Source: Bacteroidota bacterium (GTDB lineage Bacteria > Bacteroidota > Bacteroidia > Flavobacteriales > Weeksellaceae). From it: DNA of 64,000 nt. The first letter of the stretch is position 1. The number at the start of each line of letters is the position of its first letter. The position numbers were made by a program, and so were the translations under genes. This document shows positions 48,754 to 60,327 of this stretch, in pieces. The stretch lies in NCBI GenBank assembly GCA_023386965.1, contig JAEWIR010000039.1, positions 856 to 64,855 of the forward strand. Direction: 5' to 3'. Below the pieces are notes generated by a model. It saw only the letters and a list, made by a program, of their open reading frames with translations, was not told the origin of the DNA and searched no databases.

Positions 48754-49389
48754 ATGCCAGCAGACCTTATCATCAAATATTTCCCGGATCTTACTGACAC
48801 ACAGAAAAAGCAGTTTGATGCGCTGGAGGAGTTATACGCCGAATGGAACGAAAAAATCAATGTAATCTCCCGTAAAGACACGGAATCCCTGTATGAGAAA
48901 CATGTGCTGCATTCGCTGGGTATCGCGAAGATTATGGAGTTTGCCCCGGGCACTAAAGTGCTCGATATCGGGACCGGTGGAGGCTTTCCCGGCATTCCGC
49001 TGGCTATTCTGTTCCCTGAGACTCAGTTTACACTGATAGACAGCATCGGTAAAAAAATTACTGTAGTGCGCGCTATTGCGGAAGCCCTGCAACTTGAGAA
49101 CGTAACAGCAGTTCATGAACGGGCCGAAAAACTGAAAGAAAAATTCCATTTCGTGGTAAGCCGTGCGGTCACCCAGATGCCAGAATTCCTGCGCTGGCTG
49201 CGGGGTAAGTTTGAAAAAGAGCAGTTCAATAAAAAGCACAACGGTGTACTTTACCTTAAAGGCGGTGACCTGGGTGAGGAACTGGCAGGTTTACGCTGCG
49301 AAGTTCATTCGTTAAAAGACTATTTTGAAGAGGAATTCTTTGAGACCAAAAAAGTGGTATATTTATCCAAAGGGAATTTCGCTTCCTGA
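48754..49389 (+). CDS. rsmG: 16S rRNA m7G527 methyltransferase
   Basis: WNEKINVISR, H.LHSL, LDIGTGGGFPG, VSRAV, LKG. Confidence 0.95.
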   Translation: MPADLIIKYFPDLTDTQKKQFDALEELYAEWNEKINVISRKDTESLYEKHVLHSLGIAKIMEFAPGTKVLDIGTGGGFPGIPLAILFPETQFTLIDSIGKKITVVRAIAEALQLENVTAVHERAEKLKEKFHFVVSRAVTQMPEFLRWLRGKFEKEQFNKKHNGVLYLKGGDLGEELAGLRCEVHSLKDYFEEEFFETKKVVYLSKGNFAS

Positions 49390-49406
49390 TTTTAGATCAA
49401 ATTTAT

Positions 49407-52118
49407 ATGCGCTTTTTAGATAAGATATTTACAGAACTACTTGAACAAAACCCTGATTTATCAGGGTTTAATATTGTCCTGCCGGGTAAGAGGCCTATTG
49501 TTTTCATCAAAAGGATCCTGATGGAAAAAGGATACTCAGGATTCCTGCCCACTTTTCATACCATAGAAGACCTGATTCTGGAAATATCGGGAATGCAGCG
49601 GTTGCAGGGAATTGGTCTTTGGCTCTTTGCCTTCGAGGTGTACAGTGATCTCGACCTTACGCCTAAGGATGATTTTGCTGGCTTCGTGAAATGGTTTCCT
49701 ACTGTATTGAAGGACTGGGATGATATCCTGAAGTTTGCCGACAGTGACAGCGCGGTGCTTGAGTATATGTTTGATGAGGAGCGCATAAAAGCCTGGGCTC
49801 AGGATCTGGGTGAGCAGGAAGATATGCCGCGTAAGAAATACCTCACCTTCTGGAAGAATATGAATGTGTTTCTTCCCGTTCTGAAGCGGAAACTGCATGA
49901 AAGAAACTGGGCGACATCCGGAATGATACATGAGGCGGTGAAAAGTAAAATTGAAACCTTCGCGCAGGAAACATCGAAGATTTTTGTTTTCTGCGGCTTC
50001 AATGCATTTACGAAAGTTGAGGAACAGCTGGTGCGTAGTCTGCTCCAATGGGACAGGGGTCAGGTGTTTTTTCAGGGAGACTCCTATTATGTGGACGATG
50101 AGAAACAGGAAGCGGGAAAATTCCTGAGGGAGCACCGCAAATGGAAGGAGTTCAATAACATCCGCGAATTCCGCTGGATTGAAGATGATTTCCGGGAATC
50201 CAAAAAAATTAAAGTTTACGAAGTTTCCGGAAATGTTTCGCAAACCAAGATCCTTCCGGGTATTCTGGGAGGGATTAAAGACAGAGAAACCGACATGTCT
50301 GATACCGCGATCGTGCTGCTTGATGAAAATCTTTTGCCGGCCACCCTGGACGCTTTGGCTGAAGTGGATATCCTGAATATTACGATGGGATTTCCGCTAC
50401 GGAATTTAGGCTTCAGCAACGCTGTAAAACACCTTTTCCATCTGCATAAACAACTGGAATCAAAACCGGGTTCTTACTATTATAACGACTTGTTCTCAAT
50501 TCTGGAGGAACTGCCCAATTCCAATGAAGACCTCAGAATAATTTCAGATTTTAAATCATTTGTAGAGTCCAGGAACATTGTTTACCTGTCCGCACGGCTC
50601 GTAAACGAACATCTGAAAGACCTTTCTTATTTCGGACTTTTCCTTCCGGCGGATGATGTGAATTCGTTTCTGGACCTCATCATTGATTTCTGCTTTAAAC
50701 TAAAGTTTAACGAACTGGACGATATCCAATATGAAAATATCTCCCATTTTGAAAAGTCTTTCCGGGTCATCCGCAACCAGTTGGCTCCTTACCGTTTTCC
50801 GGTAAAGATGGAAACATTGGAGGTGCTTGTCAATCAACTGGTGAATTCCGAAGCTATTGATTTTCAGGGTGAACCCTTGCAGGGTTTGCAGGTAATGGGG
50901 CTTTTGGAAACAAGGTTGCTCAATTTCAGAAATATTATCCTGCTTTCCGTGAATGAGGGCAAGCTCCCGCTGGGAAATACTCAGAATTCCTATCTGCCTT
51001 TTGACGTAAGAACCCATTTTAACCTTCATACCTTTCTGGAGAACGACAGCATTTACGCTTATCACTTCTACCGTTTGCTTCAGGATGCGGAAAATGTACA
51101 TCTTCTTTATAATGCACTGAGTTCCGGTGTGAATACCGGCGAAAAAAGCCGGTTTATTACCCAACTCGAATTTGAGGATCATTTCCATCAGATTGAGCAT
51201 GTGGTGATTGAGAACGCGTCCGAACCCATGAGCAAGCAACCCGTGATCATTGAAAAGACGCAGGCGGTGCTGGATCAGCTTGAGGTCTGGAAAACGCGGA
51301 TTTCCGCAACCCATCTTACCGGCTATCTGTACAATCCACTTGACTTTTACCTGACCAAAATACTGAAAACCAGGGAGGCCAGCCAGATTGAGGAAGAGCT
51401 GTCTGTAATGAATTACGGAAACCTCGTGCATTATGCGCTTCAGATTATCTATGAAGGTGTGGGCAATGAGGTACTTCGCGAGGAGGATCTGACTTTAACA
51501 GAGGATCAGTTTCTTGAGGTGATCAATATCTCAATTGAAAATCTGAACCATCAGCCTGAATTCTACGAAAAAGGTATGAATTACATCCACAAGAATGTTG
51601 CCCTGCGTGCGGTGAAAAAGGTGGTGCAGCATGACCTTGATCTGATAAGAAACGGGCATCAACTGCGTATCATAGCTCTGGAGCATGAATTTCAGGATGT
51701 GGATTTCTACCTGGACGAAGAGAGAAAGGATAAAGTGTCCTTCTATGGTTTTATAGACCGTATTGATGAGCTGGACGGCACGCTGAGAATCATTGACTAT
51801 AAAACGGGAAAAAGTAAGGAGCTGAAAGTTTCAATTGACGATAAAAACCGTGAGGATTTCTTCTTCAACGATTCAAAAAAACAGGCACTTCAGCTGTGCA
51901 TCTACAATTATGTCATTGAACGGCTACCGCAGTTTGCGGGTCGCAGCATCGAGACCGGAATCTGGAGTTTTGCCGAAGTAGGTAAGGGTGTCGTTCCGCT
52001 TCATTTCGCGAAAGGGGACCTTCAGGAGGCCATGGTTTCCATACGGAATCTCATCCTTGAAATCTTAAATCCGGAAATTCCCTTTACCGAATCGGTGCAT
52101 GAAACTTTTGAGTTTTAG
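49407..52118 (+). CDS. PD-(D/E)XK nuclease family protein, AddB-like
   Basis: QVMGLLETR, NEG.LP, EKSRFI, C-terminal GFIDRID...IIDYKTG...QL..Y. Confidence 0.82.
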   Translation: MRFLDKIFTELLEQNPDLSGFNIVLPGKRPIVFIKRILMEKGYSGFLPTFHTIEDLILEISGMQRLQGIGLWLFAFEVYSDLDLTPKDDFAGFVKWFPTVLKDWDDILKFADSDSAVLEYMFDEERIKAWAQDLGEQEDMPRKKYLTFWKNMNVFLPVLKRKLHERNWATSGMIHEAVKSKIETFAQETSKIFVFCGFNAFTKVEEQLVRSLLQWDRGQVFFQGDSYYVDDEKQEAGKFLREHRKWKEFNNIREFRWIEDDFRESKKIKVYEVSGNVSQTKILPGILGGIKDRETDMSDTAIVLLDENLLPATLDALAEVDILNITMGFPLRNLGFSNAVKHLFHLHKQLESKPGSYYYNDLFSILEELPNSNEDLRIISDFKSFVESRNIVYLSARLVNEHLKDLSYFGLFLPADDVNSFLDLIIDFCFKLKFNELDDIQYENISHFEKSFRVIRNQLAPYRFPVKMETLEVLVNQLVNSEAIDFQGEPLQGLQVMGLLETRLLNFRNIILLSVNEGKLPLGNTQNSYLPFDVRTHFNLHTFLENDSIYAYHFYRLLQDAENVHLLYNALSSGVNTGEKSRFITQLEFEDHFHQIEHVVIENASEPMSKQPVIIEKTQAVLDQLEVWKTRISATHLTGYLYNPLDFYLTKILKTREASQIEEELSVMNYGNLVHYALQIIYEGVGNEVLREEDLTLTEDQFLEVINISIENLNHQPEFYEKGMNYIHKNVALRAVKKVVQHDLDLIRNGHQLRIIALEHEFQDVDFYLDEERKDKVSFYGFIDRIDELDGTLRIIDYKTGKSKELKVSIDDKNREDFFFNDSKKQALQLCIYNYVIERLPQFAGRSIETGIWSFAEVGKGVVPLHFAKGDLQEAMVSIRNLILEILNPEIPFTESVHETFEF

Positions 52119-53723
52119 CTACTTTTTGATAAGCTTCTCCATATGGTTTCCTTTGTCGGTACTGAAAGCAATAAAATAAACTCCGGGTTGTAAACTGCTT
52201 ATATCCAAAGTGTTGACTAAAGGTTTTAAGCTCATCACCAATCGCCCAGCCGGGTCATAAATCTGAACGCTGAGCAATTTTTCAGGAGTGCTGAAATAGA
52301 TCCGGTCTGTTGCCGGATTGGGGTAAATTTTAACCGAATTTAAATCGGTTGCTGATGTAGCCAGATATTGCTGAAAGGCATTACCGAAATTTAAGATACC
52401 GTAACCCATCTGAACATTCGTATTTGGGAAAAGGGAAGCGGTTTGCCGCAGAACTGTGCGCAGGTACTCGCGGGATGTACCTGGTGCTACTGCCTGGAGC
52501 AGACACGCAACGCCACCTGCCGCCAGGGGTGAGGCCAGGGAGGTTCCGTTTGCAGTTGCAGTACTGCTGTTGAAGACGGTTGCCGAGCCTGTACCGCGGG
52601 CGCTTGCATCAGGTTTTACCACGCCAGCCGCGTTCGGCCCGTAGGATGAGAAGGGAGATGGGTTACCACTCCCATCTACAGAGCCGATGGTGAAAACTTT
52701 CGGATTGTCGGCCGGTGTCCCGATATAATTCCAGGTCTGTGAACCGGAATTACCGGCTGCCGAAACCACGAATATCCCCTTTTCGGCTGCAATCTGTGCC
52801 CCGCGCGCAATGAAGGAGGTCGTACCGTTCATATCGGCGTAGGTATAGTTGTATCTCGGGTCATCAAAAGTAGTATAACCCAGTGAGGAGTTGATAACAT
52901 CAACACCTTTACGGTCGGCTTCTTCCGCCGCCATAATCCAGTAAATCTCTTCCTGCGGAATTTCAACTGAGGCATCTTCAGTGGTATAGAGATAAAGGTC
53001 GGCATCCGGTGCTGCACCCACAAACGCCTGGTCCAGATATCCACTGATTACACCAAGTACATAGGAACCATGAGAATTCAGCGCGGTATTATAAATATCG
53101 GTATTCTTACTGATGAAGTTGTATCCGCCTTTTATCTGGCTGTTGGTCCAAAGCCTTTGGTAGGCAGTACCTGTATCAACGCTGGGAAAGCCGGTATCCA
53201 GAACCGCGATAGTGATTCCGGCACCCGTATAGCCTGCCAAATGCAGATTTTTAAGGTTGATCTGTTCTGTCTGTTCCAGCGCGGTACCGTAATTGAAATT
53301 AAACGCAGGCGTTTTTGCGGTTGTCGAGAATTTATTCTGAGGTACCGGACTTTTTACCGTGGCATTTGTATTTCTGGCAAAACTTTCTACTGACTGAACA
53401 AAAGACTGGGTCTGAAGCTGTGCGATTTGAGCGGGAGTGGCCAGCACGGCAACCCCGTTCAGCCATTTGGAGTAATCTGTAACCTGAAATCCCAGGTTCT
53501 GCATGTTTTGCAGGTAAGTGGGTTCCACGGGAGCGTCCTGGTCGTTCAGTATAATGCCCTGCGCGAGCCGGCGGTTCAGTGATTTCTGCGTCAGTTCAGA
53601 CAGGGGATTGGCATAAAATGCTGCTTTGTTCGGCTTGTCGGCAAAGTATACAAAAACAAGTTCGGACTGCGCATAAATGCTGACAGACAGGAGCAAAATA
53701 AGGGTACAGCTAAACTTTTTCAT
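52119..53723 (-). CDS. S8 subtilisin-like serine peptidase with T9SS C-terminal sorting domain
   Basis: Catalytic triad VLDTG, SHGS, GTSLASP; tail IYPNPA.D...GVYF...KLIKK. Confidence 0.93.
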   Translation of the reverse strand: MKKFSCTLILLLSVSIYAQSELVFVYFADKPNKAAFYANPLSELTQKSLNRRLAQGIILNDQDAPVEPTYLQNMQNLGFQVTDYSKWLNGVAVLATPAQIAQLQTQSFVQSVESFARNTNATVKSPVPQNKFSTTAKTPAFNFNYGTALEQTEQINLKNLHLAGYTGAGITIAVLDTGFPSVDTGTAYQRLWTNSQIKGGYNFISKNTDIYNTALNSHGSYVLGVISGYLDQAFVGAAPDADLYLYTTEDASVEIPQEEIYWIMAAEEADRKGVDVINSSLGYTTFDDPRYNYTYADMNGTTSFIARGAQIAAEKGIFVVSAAGNSGSQTWNYIGTPADNPKVFTIGSVDGSGNPSPFSSYGPNAAGVVKPDASARGTGSATVFNSSTATANGTSLASPLAAGGVACLLQAVAPGTSREYLRTVLRQTASLFPNTNVQMGYGILNFGNAFQQYLATSATDLNSVKIYPNPATDRIYFSTPEKLLSVQIYDPAGRLVMSLKPLVNTLDISSLQPGVYFIAFSTDKGNHMEKLIKK

Positions 53724-53776
53724 AAATTTCTTTAGATATTTAAATATATGTAAATTTACGCCATATTGTATTTAGT

Positions 53777-54913
53777 ATGAAGAAAATTCAGATGGTAGAT
53801 CTGCAAACGCAGTATTTTAAAATAAAGAGCGACGTAGACAATGCAGTCCTTAATGTGCTGGAGTCGGCCGCGTTTATTAACGGCCCCGAGGTTAAATCCT
53901 TTCAGACTGAACTGGAAAACTATCTGGATGTAAAACATGTAATTCCCTGTGCCAACGGTACGGATGCCCTTCAGATTGCCTTGATGGCCTTAGGTCTGGA
54001 AGAAGGTGACGAAGTGATTACCGCAGATTTCACATTTGCCGCAACAGTTGAAGTGATCCATCTTCTGAAACTGAAGGCAGTGCTTGTAGATGTAGATTAT
54101 GACACCTTTACCATGGACACAGAAAAACTGAGGGCGGCTGTTACACCACGCACCAAAGTGATCATTCCCGTGCATCTTTTTGGCCAGTGTGCCAATATGG
54201 AAGAGATTCTTTCTGTGGCCAGAGCCCATAAACTGGAGGTAATTGAAGACAATGCCCAGGCCATCGGTTCTGAGTTTACATTTTCGGATGGTAGCGTGTG
54301 TAAAGCCGGAACGATGGGAACGATGGGTACAACTTCCTTTTTTCCGTCTAAGAATTTGGGTTGCTACGGCGACGGAGGGGCTGTTTTTACTAACAGTGAC
54401 GAGCTGGCGCATAAACTTCGCGGAATTGTAAATCACGGGATGTACGAACGGTATTATCATGATGAAGTTGGCGTTAATTCCAGGCTGGACAGCGTGCAGG
54501 CCACTGTTCTGCGCAAGAAACTTCCGCTACTTGATGGTTATAATGAAGCCCGCAGAAAAGCAGCCGACTACTATGACGAAGCCTTTGGCAATCATCCCCG
54601 GATTCTGATACCCAAAAGGGCAGAATATTCTACGCATGTATTTCATCAGTACACGCTCCGGATACTGAATGGACAGAGGAATGCCTTACAGCAGTTCCTG
54701 GCTGAAAGAGATATACCTGCCATGATTTATTACCCTGTTGCGTTAAGGAAACAGAAAGCCTATTATCAGGAAAGCAATCCGGAGGATTTCGTGAACACCG
54801 ACCTGCTTTTGGATCAGGTTTTATCACTGCCTATGCATACCGAGTTAGAGGAAGAGCAACTCAAATTCATCACCGATTCAGTACTGGAGTTCATGTCGGC
54901 CGTAGAGGAATAA
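53777..54913 (+). CDS. DegT/DnrJ/EryC1/StrS sugar aminotransferase
   Basis: NGTDAL, PVHLFGQ, EDNAQA, SFFPSKNLG.YGDGG, NSRLD. Confidence 0.93.
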   Translation: MKKIQMVDLQTQYFKIKSDVDNAVLNVLESAAFINGPEVKSFQTELENYLDVKHVIPCANGTDALQIALMALGLEEGDEVITADFTFAATVEVIHLLKLKAVLVDVDYDTFTMDTEKLRAAVTPRTKVIIPVHLFGQCANMEEILSVARAHKLEVIEDNAQAIGSEFTFSDGSVCKAGTMGTMGTTSFFPSKNLGCYGDGGAVFTNSDELAHKLRGIVNHGMYERYYHDEVGVNSRLDSVQATVLRKKLPLLDGYNEARRKAADYYDEAFGNHPRILIPKRAEYSTHVFHQYTLRILNGQRNALQQFLAERDIPAMIYYPVALRKQKAYYQESNPEDFVNTDLLLDQVLSLPMHTELEEEQLKFITDSVLEFMSAVEE

Positions 54914-55001
54914 ACAGTTTTTGTGTTATATTTTGATAGTCAGTAACACCATCGAGTTGTTATCTCATAAAGGCGAGCAAGCCTTATTATACCCATTTTA
55001 A

Positions 55002-58000
55002 ATGAAGAAATTTCCCCTTCCTGAAAACGAAGAGGCAAGGTTGAATAAACTGGCCTATTATGATCTGCTTAATATGGCGAAAGATCAGGATCTCGATGTG
55101 TTTTCTGAGGCTGCCTGCCTCGCTACCGACTGCCCTGTCTCACTGATTGGAATGATGGAGAAGGATGCACAAACAATACAGAGTTGTGTGGGACTGGAAT
55201 TCCAAACTGTGGACCGCGGGAACACCGTATGCCAGTATACGGTGGAAAGTGGAAGAACACTTGTGATTAATGATACACTTTCGGACGAACGGACCTCTTC
55301 AAACGAACTTATTATAGCCGGTGGCATCAGATTCTACGCAGGAACCCCACTTCTGGATGATGAGGGCTTTGTGCTCGGGACACTTTGCGTAATTGACTTT
55401 AAACCCCGAACAATTACTGCCCGTCAGGTGGCGGCACTGGAGAAGATTGGTCAGGCGGTTTCCCTACAGCTGATGGCCAAGCGTAAGCGGGCACATGCAG
55501 AGCATTTCGAGCAACTGTTTTCCGTAACGAATAACCTGATTTGCGTTGCTGATAACAATTTTATTTTAAAGGATGTAAATGCGGCCTTTTCCCGGACTTT
55601 GGAACTGGAAGATGATGTTAAAGGTCAAAACTTTCTCGATATCCTGAAGTCACACAGCAGCGTCGCATTACCGGAAGATTTGGAGTTGGACCATAATGGA
55701 GAATATTCATTTAGGGGTTATTTGCGTTCCAGTTCAGGGGAATCAACAGTAATTGAATGGCTGATAAAAAGTAACAACAGCGGCACAGAAATTTTCTGCT
55801 TTGGGAGGAATATCACGCAGCTTGTTCAGGAGAAGAAGCGTTTGGAAAGGTCGGAAAAGAAGTTCCGGAGTTTCTTTGAAAATGCCATCGGCCTGATGAG
55901 CATGCATGATATGGAAGGTAATATTCTGGCGGTGAATGAAAAAGGACGGCAGATGTTAAATTACACTTCAGAGGAAGCAAGAAAACTCAACCTGCGTGAC
56001 CTGGTGCCTGAAAAGCGGTGGTTTGAACTCAATGAATATCTGGAGAGGATGAAGAAAAACCATGAAGATTCCGGCTACATGGTTTTACATTCGCGGGACG
56101 GACAGGAATTTATCTGGATGTATCACAATATGGTGGAGACAGATGAGGAGGGTGTGCCTTATGTGCTGAGTACTGCGCTGAACGTAACTGATAAGATGGC
56201 CCTGGAAAAAGACCTGATTTACACCAAGAAAATTCTGGAGCAAACCAGTGCCGCGGCCAGGGTAGGTGGCTGGGAAGTCAATCTTATCACACAGAAAACC
56301 TATTGGTCTGAAACTACTCGCGAGATTCACATGGTACCGCCCGACTACGAGCCGGATCTGGATTCGGCGCTATCTTTTTATACAGAGGAAAGCCGTGAAA
56401 GAGTAACCACGCTCTTCAACCGCGCTGTGGGTATGGGAGAAGCCTATGATGAAGAATTGGAACTGCTGCTGCCTGAAGGACGCCGCATCTGGATTCGGTC
56501 CATAGGAATACCTGAGTTTGAAAATGGCGTTTGCCGGAAGGTTTTCGGGATCATTCAGGATATTGATCATGCCAAAAGAACTTATATGGAGCTGGAAAAG
56601 AAGGAAGCAATGCTTCAGTCCTTTATCAGCGATGTTCCTGTAGCCATTGCGATGTTTGATAATGACCTCAATTACCTCTCCGTGAGCAAGTGCTGGACAG
56701 AAGAGTTTTCCATGGATCCCAAGGCCATCATGGGCAAAAACATTTTCCAGATCTCTCCAAATATACCTGAAGAGCGTGTGCAAATCTATATGGACGCACT
56801 TGCCGGAAAATCTTACAGTAATGAAAATCTAACCGTACAGGTTTCCAATAAAGAGGAACCTCAGAATTACAATCTGCAGGTTGGTCCCTGGTACCTGTCG
56901 GAAAATTTAATTGGAGGGGTTATAGTTACAGTTCAGAATGTTACACAGCGTGTAAAAACTACGCAGGAACTGAAAACTGCCAAAGAAACTGCTATTCTTG
57001 CCAACAAAGCAAAATCTGAATTTCTGGCCAATATGAGCCACGAAATCCGTACGCCACTCAACGGTGTCATTGGATTCTCCGATCTCCTGCTGAGGACGCC
57101 TTTGAATGAGATGCAGACCCAATACCTCAATTATATCAATGAATCCGGGGAAAGTTTGCTTTCCATCATTAACGATATCCTGGATTTCTCTAAAATTGAA
57201 TCGGGTAAACTGGAACTGATGATTGACCGCACCCAGCTGTACGACCTCGTTAGTCAGGTGATGAACGTCATTCTGTACCAGTCCCAGAAAAAGAACCTTG
57301 AACTGCTGTTAAATATTGAACCCGGACTCCCGCAAATAGTTCTTATGGACGAATCCCGTGTGCGCCAGATTCTTATCAATCTACTGGGTAATGCTGTTAA
57401 ATTCACAGACCGTGGCGAAATTGAACTGAAAGTTCAGCAATTGGGCAAAAATAAGGACCGCATAAAACTTAGGTTTTCTGTGCGGGATACCGGAATTGGT
57501 ATTCCTGAGCACAAGCAGCAACGAATCTTTGATGCTTTCACCCAGGAAGACAGTTCTGTAAGCAAGAAATACGGTGGTACAGGACTTGGACTTACGATCT
57601 CGAATAATATACTTAAATATATGGGGACTTCGCTGTCACTTAGAAGTACGCTGGGTGAAGGATCGGAGTTTTATTTTGATATAGAAGTACCGTATGAGGA
57701 AGGTAAGATCAACGATGAAGAGGATATAGCCGACCTGGGAATTGAGCGCATCCTTATTGTAGACGACAATGAAAACAACAGAATGATCCTGCAGCATATG
57801 CTGGCCTTCAAAGGTATTAACTCCCGACTGGCCGCCAACGGCATGGAAGCGCTGCAGATTCTGATGGCAGGAGAACGGTTTGATGTCATATTAATGGATT
57901 ATCATATGCCGGTAATATCGGGTATGGAAACAATCACCAAAATACGTGAACTCTTTAAAGAACAGGAAGAGGTTTCGCCTTTGGTCGTACTTCACACTTC

Positions 58001-58898
58001 TTCTGAGGAGCATGAAGTGATTAACTCATTCAGAAAGAATGAGAACAGTTTCTGCCTGTTGAAACCCATAAAATCCCGGGACCTTTATCATATTCTGAAG
58101 CAGGCTGTACAGCAGTCGGACCTCCAGGCCGCTAAAGCTAACACGGAACAGAATGACGTACCGCTGTCGGGTCTCAAAGTACTCCTTGTGGATGACAATC
58201 CCGTGAATATGGTCCTCAACAACCGCATGATGCAGTCCCTGGTGCCTGAAGCCGTATTTACTGAGGCTACCGACGGTCAGCAGGCCTTAGACCTTTGCCA
58301 AAGTCAGGAATTTGACCTCATCCTTATGGACGTGCAGATGCCGGTGATGGATGGAATTGAGGCTACCAGGATGATTAGGATATTGCCGGGCCAACAGCCG
58401 GTAATAATAGGTGTTACAGCCGGAAACGTCGTGGGTGAAAAAGAAAAATGTCTGGATGCGGGTATGGATGATTTCCTAACAAAACCGTTAAGGCAGGCAG
58501 AACTTCTGGACGCACTGAAAACACATATTTACGATAAAGCTGCAGACGGCCAGATTGTGGACGAATCGGATCTCCATCTGGACATGAAACATCTGGAACA
58601 GCAAATAGGCGACGACGAAGAGTTCCGCGCCATGTTTCTTAATCTCGTTATCCAGGAAGCGGAAACATCGGGCCAGGCTCTTACTGCCGCCTGCAGGACA
58701 GGAAATGCAGATGAAGTAAAAAAAATTCTCCATAAGCTTAAGGGAACTGCCGGCACTGCCGGATTGTTCAGTCTGGCAGATGCCGCTGCAAGATGGGAAA
58801 ATACAGTGGATCGCAATCCGGACTTCAATTCCCTGGACAGCGAGATCGGGGAGGCAATAACAAAGGGATTGGAAATAATAAAGAGATTGATAAAATAA
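55002..58898 (+). CDS. cytoplasmic hybrid histidine kinase (GAF-PAS(n)-HisKA-HATPase-REC-REC-Hpt)
   Basis: GAF IRFYAG.PL...[57 protein letters not shown]. No TM segment seen. Confidence 0.93.
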   Translation: MKKFPLPENEEARLNKLAYYDLLNMAKDQDLDVFSEAACLATDCPVSLIGMMEKDAQTIQSCVGLEFQTVDRGNTVCQYTVESGRTLVINDTLSDERTSSNELIIAGGIRFYAGTPLLDDEGFVLGTLCVIDFKPRTITARQVAALEKIGQAVSLQLMAKRKRAHAEHFEQLFSVTNNLICVADNNFILKDVNAAFSRTLELEDDVKGQNFLDILKSHSSVALPEDLELDHNGEYSFRGYLRSSSGESTVIEWLIKSNNSGTEIFCFGRNITQLVQEKKRLERSEKKFRSFFENAIGLMSMHDMEGNILAVNEKGRQMLNYTSEEARKLNLRDLVPEKRWFELNEYLERMKKNHEDSGYMVLHSRDGQEFIWMYHNMVETDEEGVPYVLSTALNVTDKMALEKDLIYTKKILEQTSAAARVGGWEVNLITQKTYWSETTREIHMVPPDYEPDLDSALSFYTEESRERVTTLFNRAVGMGEAYDEELELLLPEGRRIWIRSIGIPEFENGVCRKVFGIIQDIDHAKRTYMELEKKEAMLQSFISDVPVAIAMFDNDLNYLSVSKCWTEEFSMDPKAIMGKNIFQISPNIPEERVQIYMDALAGKSYSNENLTVQVSNKEEPQNYNLQVGPWYLSENLIGGVIVTVQNVTQRVKTTQELKTAKETAILANKAKSEFLANMSHEIRTPLNGVIGFSDLLLRTPLNEMQTQYLNYINESGESLLSIINDILDFSKIESGKLELMIDRTQLYDLVSQVMNVILYQSQKKNLELLLNIEPGLPQIVLMDESRVRQILINLLGNAVKFTDRGEIELKVQQLGKNKDRIKLRFSVRDTGIGIPEHKQQRIFDAFTQEDSSVSKKYGGTGLGLTISNNILKYMGTSLSLRSTLGEGSEFYFDIEVPYEEGKINDEEDIADLGIERILIVDDNENNRMILQHMLAFKGINSRLAANGMEALQILMAGERFDVILMDYHMPVISGMETITKIRELFKEQEEVSPLVVLHTSSEEHEVINSFRKNENSFCLLKPIKSRDLYHILKQAVQQSDLQAAKANTEQNDVPLSGLKVLLVDDNPVNMVLNNRMMQSLVPEAVFTEATDGQQALDLCQSQEFDLILMDVQMPVMDGIEATRMIRILPGQQPVIIGVTAGNVVGEKEKCLDAGMDDFLTKPLRQAELLDALKTHIYDKAADGQIVDESDLHLDMKHLEQQIGDDEEFRAMFLNLVIQEAETSGQALTAACRTGNADEVKKILHKLKGTAGTAGLFSLADAAARWENTVDRNPDFNSLDSEIGEAITKGLEIIKRLIK

Positions 58899-58906
58899 AC
58901 CACACT

Positions 58907-59263
58907 ATGACTGTTTTAATCGCAGAGGATGATGAACTAATCTTAAAGACCATTGAACATAAACTGCAGAAGGAAGGGTACGAGGTGATTCTCACAAGAA
59001 ACGGGAAGGAGGCAATTGATACAGTTCTCGAGAGGGACGTAGACCTCGTAATTACTGATATTATGATGCCTTTTGCTTCCGGGGTAGAAATACTTGCAGC
59101 CATCAAATCCGCCGGAAAGAAAATTCCTGTCATTATGTTATCCAGTATGGGCCAGGAAGATGTGATCCTGAACGCTTTTGGTCTGGGTGCAGCCGATTTC
59201 ATTGTTAAACCTTTCAGCCCTAACGAACTGATGCTAAGGGTGAAGAGATTAGCGGCTTCCTGA
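58907..59263 (+). CDS. single-domain response regulator
   Basis: IAEDD, TDIMMP, MLSS, KPF; ends without an output domain. Confidence 0.9.
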   Translation: MTVLIAEDDELILKTIEHKLQKEGYEVILTRNGKEAIDTVLERDVDLVITDIMMPFASGVEILAAIKSAGKKIPVIMLSSMGQEDVILNAFGLGAADFIVKPFSPNELMLRVKRLAAS

Positions 59264-59265
59264 TT

Positions 59266-60327
59266 ATGTTGCTTAGTATTTCCCTCCATTTCCTTGTAAT
59301 AGTACTCATTAGCCTGCTTGCTGTTGTACTGCTGCTTATTTTTGCCGTACTTATTTATGGTTTAGTGCGGTACCGGAAGCAGGTAAGCATTGAATCGTGG
59401 TCTGCAGAAATTGATGCAGAAATTGCGGAAGCGATTGTGAATGGTGGAGAGGTCCCCGGACGAATCTATAATTCCGCTTTAGCACAACAGCGTGGTTACC
59501 GCAGGCTGATGCTGGAAAAATTAATCAGCGCCGAAAAGAAGTTCTCCGGAGGTGCAGGCCTCATCATACGGTCGCTTTTTAATGACTATGGTCTGGAAAA
59601 GGAAAGTATAGGCAAACTGGGGCAAAAGCGTACCCATCTTATTGCCGGTGGGATACTGGAGCTTACCGCTATGAGAGTAGAAAAGGCGTTGCCGGCAATC
59701 TCCCGGCTACTGCATCACCCGTCGCCTCAGGTATATCAGGAGGCGCAATATTCTGTAGTGACTTTCAATGGTTTTGAAGGTCTGCATTTTCTGAATGATG
59801 CTCAGGGAATACTTTCGGAATGGCAGCAGTTGCGGCTGCTCAATTCCATACCTGCGGTCCCGCCGGATTCTGAAGACATGCTTCGCAAGTGGCTGCATAG
59901 TATGAATCCGTCTGTTACTGTGTTTGTCCTGCGAATCATCCGCAAATATCAGCAGCTAAATATGTATGCCGATGTTTTAGCCCTCTTCAGTCATCCAAAC
60001 ACACAAATCCGGCTTCAGGCAGTGCAAACCCTACAGACACTTGAAAACGCGGAAACACTGTCGGATTATATTTTATCTTACGAAACGCAGCCTGATGAGG
60101 TAAAGGCCGAGATTGTAAACTCTGTTTGCAAAATGTCTGACCTCCGCGCAGCTGACTTTTTCAGGCAGAAACTGTTGGGTAATGACTTCGTAGCAGTCAG
60201 GATTGGTGCCGCAAAGGGGCTCTACGGACTGGGTTTATCCGGCGAATTGCTGTCCTTAGCTTCACAGTCCGGTGCTCCGGCGGAATTGGTTTCAATTATT
60301 AAACACGTCTTACAGGAAAAAATATGA
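59266..60327 (+). CDS. membrane-anchored HEAT-repeat protein
   Basis: N-terminal TM followed by helical repeats (L..P...V...A; IR.QA..TL; VR..AA..L). Confidence 0.75.
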   Translation: MLLSISLHFLVIVLISLLAVVLLLIFAVLIYGLVRYRKQVSIESWSAEIDAEIAEAIVNGGEVPGRIYNSALAQQRGYRRLMLEKLISAEKKFSGGAGLIIRSLFNDYGLEKESIGKLGQKRTHLIAGGILELTAMRVEKALPAISRLLHHPSPQVYQEAQYSVVTFNGFEGLHFLNDAQGILSEWQQLRLLNSIPAVPPDSEDMLRKWLHSMNPSVTVFVLRIIRKYQQLNMYADVLALFSHPNTQIRLQAVQTLQTLENAETLSDYILSYETQPDEVKAEIVNSVCKMSDLRAADFFRQKLLGNDFVAVRIGAAKGLYGLGLSGELLSLASQSGAPAELVSIIKHVLQEKI